DNA of 41,394 nt, taken from a virus. The stretch is taken from positions 1-41,394 of the IMG/VR virus record IMGVR_UViG_3300037054_000114. One strand, given 5' to 3'. Of the stretch, positions 29,989-36,277 are shown in pieces (position 1 is the first letter of the stretch; each line of letters opens with the position of its first letter). Position numbers and translations under genes: made by a program. A model generated the notes under the pieces. That model saw only the letters and a list, made by a program, of their open reading frames with translations, was not told the DNA's origin and did no database searches.

Positions 29989-31136
29989 TCCCCGCTATTG
30001 AGCGTTTGTAGGCGTATTCCCGAAACCGATAATCCAATGGCATGACCCGAACCGCTGTCATGAGCGACCACATAGCCTTGTCGTAGTTCGGCTCGCGCGA
30101 TCCCCGGGTTGCCAAAATTTCGGCGGTGAGTAGCGAGCCTGCGTACCACAGCCCTATCCCGAACAGCATAGCCGGCAGCCAGGGCCGCCAATGCCATTGT
30201 CGCCGGTAGGTGAGACGGGAAAGCAAAACAAGCCTCCACAGCGAATACAACCATGACCAACCGGGCCGAATTGAGCGGCCCCCGCAGCTCCCACATGAAC
30301 AGCGCCGCTAACCCTAGCCCAATCATGCCCAGTTCGTACACTAGCTCTAGTAGGTCATTGTGGGCGTGCATCACATGGCCGTCTAACTGCGGGGCGTGGT
30401 GCATGAAGCCGTAGGAGCCAATACCGGACCCCAGAAAGCCCAAGTCGTCCACTGATTCCTGCCAAATGTCGAACCGTTCCACAGTCGAGGCCGCACTATG
30501 GGTAGTCATCCCGTACCCAAACAGCACCATATCGGCCACCAGCAGCCCGCCAATGAGCCAGGATGGGCGCTTCCATAGAAGCGCCCCCAAACCAACCCCC
30601 AGCGCCAGCAGCGCCCCACGGGCGTCCGCAAGGGCAATGCAGGGGGCTACCAGGGCCGCCAACCACCATACCCGCTCGGCAATCAGCCAAATCAGGACCA
30701 GGGCCGCCGCTTCGGCCATGAAATTCTTGTTCAGGAATAGCCCGGATGGGATGTTTATGGTCGGCCAGTCGATCCAGCCGGCAAGCTGACCAACCGCCAC
30801 GACGGATGATATGGCCAACCCAACACCGCCGCCAATAAAAAGGGGCCGCAAAGACTGATTTTGCGACCCAAGGATGAAGCAGACTGCCGGGAGGCAAACG
30901 ATCTGCCACAACCCGTTTAGGCTAAAGAGGGGATACGGTGACCATGCCACCGACAGGACCGCCCAACCAAGCAGGGCGGCCCCAGCCATATGAGCGCCGG
31001 TCCATTGGATAGGTTTGTTCCGGTAGAGCAATAGGCCGCAGGAAACGATAGACAGCGCCGCCCATTTCGGGGTCATGGCCGGCGACCACAGCCACGGCCA
31101 GTAAGCCGCCGTTACGAGCAACCCCAGGGCGAACAT
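29985..31136 (-). CDS. O-antigen polymerase/ligase family (Wzy_C domain) polytopic membrane protein; the 3' end may continue in the +1 frame (ORF 29960..30250)
   Basis: About 10 hydrophobic segments and the signature ...ERFDIWQESVDDLGFLGSGIGSYGF....HVMHAHNDLLELVYELGMIGLGL. The last 58 or so codons look non-coding. Confidence 0.75.
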   Translation of the reverse strand: MFALGLLVTAAYWPWLWSPAMTPKWAALSIVSCGLLLYRNKPIQWTGAHMAGAALLGWAVLSVAWSPYPLFSLNGLWQIVCLPAVCFILGSQNQSLRPLFIGGGVGLAISSVVAVGQLAGWIDWPTINIPSGLFLNKNFMAEAAALVLIWLIAERVWWLAALVAPCIALADARGALLALGVGLGALLWKRPSWLIGGLLVADMVLFGYGMTTHSAASTVERFDIWQESVDDLGFLGSGIGSYGFMHHAPQLDGHVMHAHNDLLELVYELGMIGLGLAALFMWELRGPLNSARLVMVVFAVEACFAFPSHLPATMALAALAAGYAVRDRAVVRRLATHRRNFGNPGIARAELRQGYVVAHDSGSGHAIGLSVSGIRLQTLNSGE

Positions 31137-31147
31137 TCATTTACCTA

Positions 31148-31549
31148 CTACCATTCAAACACACTCACCGAACCAGTCGTGGACACCGCAATCGCATTCC
31201 ATGAATTGCCCACGGTGCTACCATTGGCGCCGCCTGCGAAAGTTGGCGCGGTAAAGCAGGTGGTCGTTCCCGATGACAACGCCGGCAGCTCATAGGCGCT
31301 GACGGTCGGCGACAGCGGCCCCGGCCAAATCCACTGCACTCCGGTCCCGATATTGCAAATCTGGATCGACTTGCGGCCGGGGTTTTGACCGATGATTTGC
31401 ACGGCCGTTCCACTGGTAACCGATGTGGTGGTTACGTTGGGCGTCAAATTGGTGGTCTGCGCCGTGGCGGTAAAGATGCCGGCAGCCATCCCAGCCGCGA
31501 GCAGCACGCCCGCGATGATGCCAAAGCCGAATTTCAGATATTGCCTCAT
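31148..31549 (-). CDS. Small exported or membrane-anchored protein (133 aa), founding member of the three paralogue-like genes
   Basis: N-terminus MRQYLKFGFGIIAGVLLAAGMAAGIFTATA-QT. Two Cys. Ser/Thr/Gly-rich beta-like sequence. Confidence 0.6.
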   Translation of the reverse strand: MRQYLKFGFGIIAGVLLAAGMAAGIFTATAQTTNLTPNVTTTSVTSGTAVQIIGQNPGRKSIQICNIGTGVQWIWPGPLSPTVSAYELPALSSGTTTCFTAPTFAGGANGSTVGNSWNAIAVSTTGSVSVFEW

Positions 31550-31552
31550 GGT

Positions 31553-31819
31553 TCACCCTTTCCGGTGGTACAAGGCCGCGAGAGGGCCTACGAAAACGAT
31601 TGAGAACGCCACGGCTGCATAAAGCCGCGCCTGTGTCGGATCGAAGATCGTGTAACCCCAAATCACCGCCCCGGTCAGGACGGCAATCATGAGCAGCGAC
31701 CGGGTGGCACATATTTTGGCCACCGTGCGCGCTGTTTCGATGAAGTTGGGGTTGATGTCGGATTCAGTTGGCCCCGGCGGCTGCACATCGGCAAACAGTT
31801 GACGGACTTCGGTGGTCAT
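31553..31819 (-). CDS. Two-TM membrane protein (88 aa)
   Basis: TM segments LLMIAVLTGAVIWGYTIF and LYAAVAFSIVFVGPLAALY. 4-nt overlap upstream. Confidence 0.6.
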   Translation of the reverse strand: MTTEVRQLFADVQPPGPTESDINPNFIETARTVAKICATRSLLMIAVLTGAVIWGYTIFDPTQARLYAAVAFSIVFVGPLAALYHRKG

Positions 31820-32010
31820 GAATCGAAAAACCCCTTCTGATCGCCGTCGCTGATTTTGTGCCGAATTGCCAAGAGCTTCGCGCCAGCCGTGATAGCGGCT
31901 ACCCGCTCACCGGCCGTCGCAGTTGCGTCTTTCAAAACTGCCTTCACGCCACCCTCAAGAATGCCCAAGAACTTTTCCGATTCGTCGGGCGGTTTAGCCT
32001 TTGCGGCCAT
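31816..32010 (-). CDS. Hypothetical protein (64 aa)
   Basis: ORF coupled to the downstream membrane protein. Confidence 0.55.
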   Translation of the reverse strand: MAAKAKPPDESEKFLGILEGGVKAVLKDATATAGERVAAITAGAKLLAIRHKISDGDQKGFFDS

Positions 32011-32022
32011 GTGACAATATTC

Positions 32023-33366
32023 CTAGTTTCCGGGCTGGGCAAGGGCGCTTGCCGCACCGGGCACAAGGGCGGGGGTGGCCGCGGTCAGCGCACGCGATGC
32101 CATGCCCGGCGGTTGCTTTTCAATCTCTGCCGTGGCCGCGCGCCCAAGCGGCGATTCGCTACGGATGATGTTTTCCAGTTCGGTAATCTGCCGCCGGGTC
32201 AGGTAGGTACCAAGATATTTCGCAATGGTAGCCGGGATAGCCACGGCAGCCGCAGCCCCAGGACCTCCACCCAAGTAAGCCATGCCAGATGCAATACCCG
32301 ATACGGGACCAGATGGAGCAAACTTGCCAGCAAACCGGGCACCATTGGTCAGCCAAGTACCTTCGACAATATCTTCCATCTGTTTTTTTGCTTCGGGAGA
32401 ATACCCCCGTGATTTATTATCGTTATCGAGAATTTCACGAATGCGCTGCCGCATGGCGTTCTGCGTATTAGCGCCGACACCAGACGTAGCCGCACGATGG
32501 CTACCAATTTCCATGGCAGACTGCACTTGATCCAATTCGGCATAGGATCGCCAGCTAGAACGCGCATGTTCGAGCATAGCCTGAGTAAATTTGGCATCAC
32601 CGCTGACTATCTCGCCGGGTGGCAAATTCTCAATGTAGCTGTCAATAGCATCGCGAACGTGTTGCGCGGCTGCATAATCGGAACCCAAGTCGGGTGTGAT
32701 TTCACCAAGCCGTTGACGCACACCAAGAATGCCGGAAATATCGCCACCACTCTTTTGCAATTGTTCAAGCCCCTTGAATGTTCGCGGGGCCACGGTGTCC
32801 GTAATTAGCCGCTGATCCAATCCGGCCCGTGTTGCCGAGACAAGACCATTAAGAGACCCCTCGGACGCAATCAGTCGAGCATCCTCAACGGCCTTATATG
32901 ATGCCTGGGCCGACTTTTTGATCGCATCAGTAGCGGGCAATGCTGCCCGAATCTGTTTTGCCTGTGAGGCCGCATTAACAACACCGCCGGCAATTTCTGC
33001 CGCCTCTGGTGCCGCTGTCATTCCTAATGACGCGGCCGGCAACACCTTGGCTGGATCTTGCACGTCTTGTGAGTATTTAGCCGGGTCTGTCAGGGCCTCT
33101 TTTGTGAGCGTGGCGCCAGCCGTTAATCCCTCATCTACCCCACTAATAACACCCCGCACCGCGCGCTCAGGCCATGTCTGGTAACGCTCGCCGGTCAGAC
33201 CCAGCAGTTTATCAGCAACGCCACGTTCTTGTGGCTGTTCGGGCTGTGACTGCTGCGGCAGCGACTTGGCAATTTCATCAACAGTCGAGTTTTGCTGTTC
33301 GGGCGCGAGTTTCATAAACTCATCGCCGACCGTAACCTGTTGTCCGTTGACGGTCAGCTTGGGCAT
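32023..33366 (-). CDS. Internal virion / ejection-protein-like helical protein (447 aa)
   Basis: The ATG at 33366 overlaps the upstream stop (TAATG). Ala/Gln-rich helical sequence. The position corresponds to podovirus core proteins. Confidence 0.5.
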   Translation of the reverse strand: MPKLTVNGQQVTVGDEFMKLAPEQQNSTVDEIAKSLPQQSQPEQPQERGVADKLLGLTGERYQTWPERAVRGVISGVDEGLTAGATLTKEALTDPAKYSQDVQDPAKVLPAASLGMTAAPEAAEIAGGVVNAASQAKQIRAALPATDAIKKSAQASYKAVEDARLIASEGSLNGLVSATRAGLDQRLITDTVAPRTFKGLEQLQKSGGDISGILGVRQRLGEITPDLGSDYAAAQHVRDAIDSYIENLPPGEIVSGDAKFTQAMLEHARSSWRSYAELDQVQSAMEIGSHRAATSGVGANTQNAMRQRIREILDNDNKSRGYSPEAKKQMEDIVEGTWLTNGARFAGKFAPSGPVSGIASGMAYLGGGPGAAAAVAIPATIAKYLGTYLTRRQITELENIIRSESPLGRAATAEIEKQPPGMASRALTAATPALVPGAASALAQPGN

Positions 33367-34868
33367 TAGGGCTGTACACTCCAAGTGACGCCGGTTGATG
33401 TAGTGTTTTGACCCCCGGCAGCGCCCTCTGACGCTTGCCCGAAATAGTTTTCAAGAAGAGCCTTCTTTGCCATCCCCGGCGCCTTTTCAACCGCGTCAAC
33501 TTCCTTACGGAGCTGCGCAATGCCCGCACGATAGGCTTGCGGAGAATCGGCGGTATCAAGAACGGTATGCGCCCGCGACTGAGCGGCGACCGTGTTGGCG
33601 CCGTTGCGCGACATGGTAGCACCGTAGGCCGTAACTGCCGACTCGTTGGCGTCGATGAATTGACGGTAGGCTGGATCGCTCATCAACTGTTTACCGCCCA
33701 AAATAATCTTGTTCATCGGCACAAATTTGCCGCGCGGCACGGCATCCGATGCCTGCACAGCCAACTGGAAGGTCTGATCGGCCTCAGCCACAGACACCTC
33801 GATTTGCCCCGCCCGCGTACCCGCCGCGCGGGCGGCAGACTGACCACCCTGAAAGTTTGCAGCCCCGGCAGCCAACTCATCAGGTGACGGCGGACGGCCA
33901 TGCTGGCGCTGGAAATCCTGAGTAAATGATTGCGCCCACATTGCTGGCAATGAACGTGGCGTGCCCGATACCTTGGGCAACGGCTGCGTATCCTTAGCTG
34001 GGTCATTCAGTTTCAAGCCAAGAGATTCAGCCGCGGCCTTTATTTTCAGCCACTCGGTCGGCTTGTCTTGCATTATACGCTGCGCAAGTTCTGGATTGCC
34101 GTTCAACTCATCAACCTTTGATGATACTTCGGCAGCCTGCTCTTTGCGCACCCCGCTTAACTGCCCAAACGCGCCCTGTAGCCGCTGATTGGCTTGGCCC
34201 ATCTTATCAACCGCCTGAGCCACGCCATTGAAATTGCCGGACTTGGCAAGGTCGGTAATGACGCTGTTCTGGAATTGGCTGCCCGCAATGGTCAGCCCCT
34301 GCGTCATTTCTTCAATATTGGATTTCCGGTTATTGAGGATTTCGTGGTACTTCTCCAATTCCATATTGTTATTCTCAATAGTTTTTTTGGTGTTCTGCTC
34401 CCATTGCTTTGACGCTTCCTCGTAAGCCTGCAAATTGCCGGCCTGCCAGCCCTTGAGCGCACCGGCAAACGCATTGAGCGACGCAGTGCCACCCTGTCGC
34501 GTCCAGCGACCCGCAACCGCGCCCAAGACCGCAGCCGCACTAGCAAATTCCATAGAGTATTTGTGATAGTCCTGCGGGTTTGGCGCATCCTTGATTTTCT
34601 CGAATTGGGCCGTTCGCTCCTGCGGGTTGCTCAGTGTTTTGTCGAGCTTGTCCAGAAACGGCTTTTGCGCCGTGGCAATACCCGCCTCGTACTTGCCGAT
34701 TTCAGTCTGGTCCGGTTGGGCAAGTGCCGACTGCGGCTTGAGTGCGGACGCGCCCGCACTGGACGGATCGGCCTGTGCCTCTGCCGGCGTATCCGCGGGC
34801 GGATTGGTATTGCGGCCGCTTGTCTTGTCGCGGGTTTCGCCAGTGCTATCAACGTATGTTTCTGTCAT
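33366..34868 (-). CDS. Internal virion / ejection-protein-like helical protein (500 aa)
   Basis: Long helical Q/A/K/E-rich sequence. 1-nt overlap with the upstream stop. Confidence 0.5.
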   Translation of the reverse strand: MTETYVDSTGETRDKTSGRNTNPPADTPAEAQADPSSAGASALKPQSALAQPDQTEIGKYEAGIATAQKPFLDKLDKTLSNPQERTAQFEKIKDAPNPQDYHKYSMEFASAAAVLGAVAGRWTRQGGTASLNAFAGALKGWQAGNLQAYEEASKQWEQNTKKTIENNNMELEKYHEILNNRKSNIEEMTQGLTIAGSQFQNSVITDLAKSGNFNGVAQAVDKMGQANQRLQGAFGQLSGVRKEQAAEVSSKVDELNGNPELAQRIMQDKPTEWLKIKAAAESLGLKLNDPAKDTQPLPKVSGTPRSLPAMWAQSFTQDFQRQHGRPPSPDELAAGAANFQGGQSAARAAGTRAGQIEVSVAEADQTFQLAVQASDAVPRGKFVPMNKIILGGKQLMSDPAYRQFIDANESAVTAYGATMSRNGANTVAAQSRAHTVLDTADSPQAYRAGIAQLRKEVDAVEKAPGMAKKALLENYFGQASEGAAGGQNTTSTGVTWSVQP

Positions 34869-35530
34869 TACACCCCCGCCACCGCGGCCTTCATGGCGCC
34901 GCCACCGAGGATTTGCGCAATTGAACTAAATGCGCCGGTCAATGCCGTACTATAATCCTTGTCCTGCTGTAGCTGGGCCTGACCAGCGGCAATCAACGCC
35001 TGATTGGCCGCACTCTCAAACCCCAGCGCCTGCCCGGACAATCCCATGCCGGCCTGTGTCTCTCCCAAACCGAGCGCGATTGTGCTTTGAATCTCCTTTT
35101 GCGCCATGGCATTTACCATTTCATCGTTGTGCGCCTGGGAACTAATAGCACTCGTATCCTGATTTGCATTTCGCCCCATGCCGGCATAGGTCTGCGCTGT
35201 CTGGTTTTTCAAACCTTGGCTATACAGGTTCAATTCCGACTGCTGAGGGCTGGTCAGTTGCCCGTTCTGGGCCATGCGTAGCGCGTCCGCACCTTGGCCG
35301 GTCAATTGCTGGCCTTGACCAAACAACTGTGCCCCCTGCCCCTCCATTGTAGCCGCGTTGCCCGTCACCTGACTAAATTCGCCCGGCAACGGCGATTCGC
35401 CTTGGCCTAATATCGAGCCGAGGCCGATAGCTCCAACGCCTAGTGCACCCAATCCGAGAGCACTGGAGCCGCTAAGGCCGCCACTGCTGGAGCTGCTGCC
35501 AGTGTCTAACCCGGTTGTTGGATCGGCCAT
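34868..35530 (-). CDS. Gly/Gln/Ser-rich internal-virion-like protein (220 aa)
   Basis: N-terminal Gly/Ser-rich and hydrophobic GLGALGVGAIGLG segment, then Q-rich repeats. Coupled on both sides. Confidence 0.5.
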   Translation of the reverse strand: MADPTTGLDTGSSSSSGGLSGSSALGLGALGVGAIGLGSILGQGESPLPGEFSQVTGNAATMEGQGAQLFGQGQQLTGQGADALRMAQNGQLTSPQQSELNLYSQGLKNQTAQTYAGMGRNANQDTSAISSQAHNDEMVNAMAQKEIQSTIALGLGETQAGMGLSGQALGFESAANQALIAAGQAQLQQDKDYSTALTGAFSSIAQILGGGAMKAAVAGV

Positions 35531-35928
35531 CAGAAACCTGTCTTGCCATTGTTGCCGAATTGACTACCCACCCCGGCTGCCGGTGCAGGGTCGGGCTGCT
35601 GATTCTGTGGCTGGCCAAAGCTACTGCCGCCGCCCGGCGCCAATGGGCTTGCAAGCGGGCTTGGCTGCGGCGGCTGCTGTTGCGGTCCCGTCACCGGCTG
35701 CACGTTGTTGCCGCCGCCCGGCGCGGTTACTCCCGGTGGGGCTTGAGCCGCGCCCGTCACCGGCTGGGTCATGTTCAAGCCCGTGCCGGCGCCGCCCGGT
35801 GCGGGTGGGGCGCCGGGTGGTTGCTGCGCAGGCTGTTGGGCATCAGGACCGAACAGCCCGCCTTGGGCATTCGCGTCTGGCAGTTGGAAATTGAGCCCAA
35901 ATTGGTCGAGGAAGTTTCCAAACATCAC
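35530..35928 (-). CDS. Gln/Pro/Gly-rich low-complexity protein (132 aa)
   Basis: MMFGNFLDQFGLNFQLPD..., then PQQ/PGG-rich sequence. The plus-strand ORFs opposite are compositional artefacts. Confidence 0.55.
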   Translation of the reverse strand: MMFGNFLDQFGLNFQLPDANAQGGLFGPDAQQPAQQPPGAPPAPGGAGTGLNMTQPVTGAAQAPPGVTAPGGGNNVQPVTGPQQQPPQPSPLASPLAPGGGSSFGQPQNQQPDPAPAAGVGSQFGNNGKTGF

Positions 35929-36275
35929 ACAATCCCTAGCGCCTGCCGTATCTGGGCGTGCGTTGTAGCATGATAGCCCAGAAAATTATAGAAGTCGTCC
36001 TGCTTGCTCAGGTCATAGTCGCTGAAATCCGTGGCCGTAATGCCAAGGATACCACCCAACTGGTCATGGGCTTTCTGGTGCGAATCCGCAATTGACCGCT
36101 GCGCATTGCCGCTGGTCAGGAATTGCAGGAAATCATAGTTTGGAATCAACACCGCCGGCACTTGCTGGGCCAATACCTCGACAAACTGTTGGTGTTCGCG
36201 ATGGTGTGAGTCGTCCCATTGCCCTAAACCCGGACCATCATTAAAAGTGCATTGATCTGGCTGGAACTGCGGCAT
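35925..36275 (-). CDS. Hypothetical virion-module protein (116 aa)
   Basis: ATG at 36275, 2 nt after the 832-aa gene stop. His-rich (DDSHHREHQQF...). Confidence 0.6.
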   Translation of the reverse strand: MPQFQPDQCTFNDGPGLGQWDDSHHREHQQFVEVLAQQVPAVLIPNYDFLQFLTSGNAQRSIADSHQKAHDQLGGILGITATDFSDYDLSKQDDFYNFLGYHATTHAQIRQALGIV

Positions 36276-36277
36276 TG

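Noticed and set aside
35502-35973. Plus-strand ORFs of 130-152 aa
   Set aside because: They are compositional artefacts opposite the Gln/Pro/Gly-rich gene.
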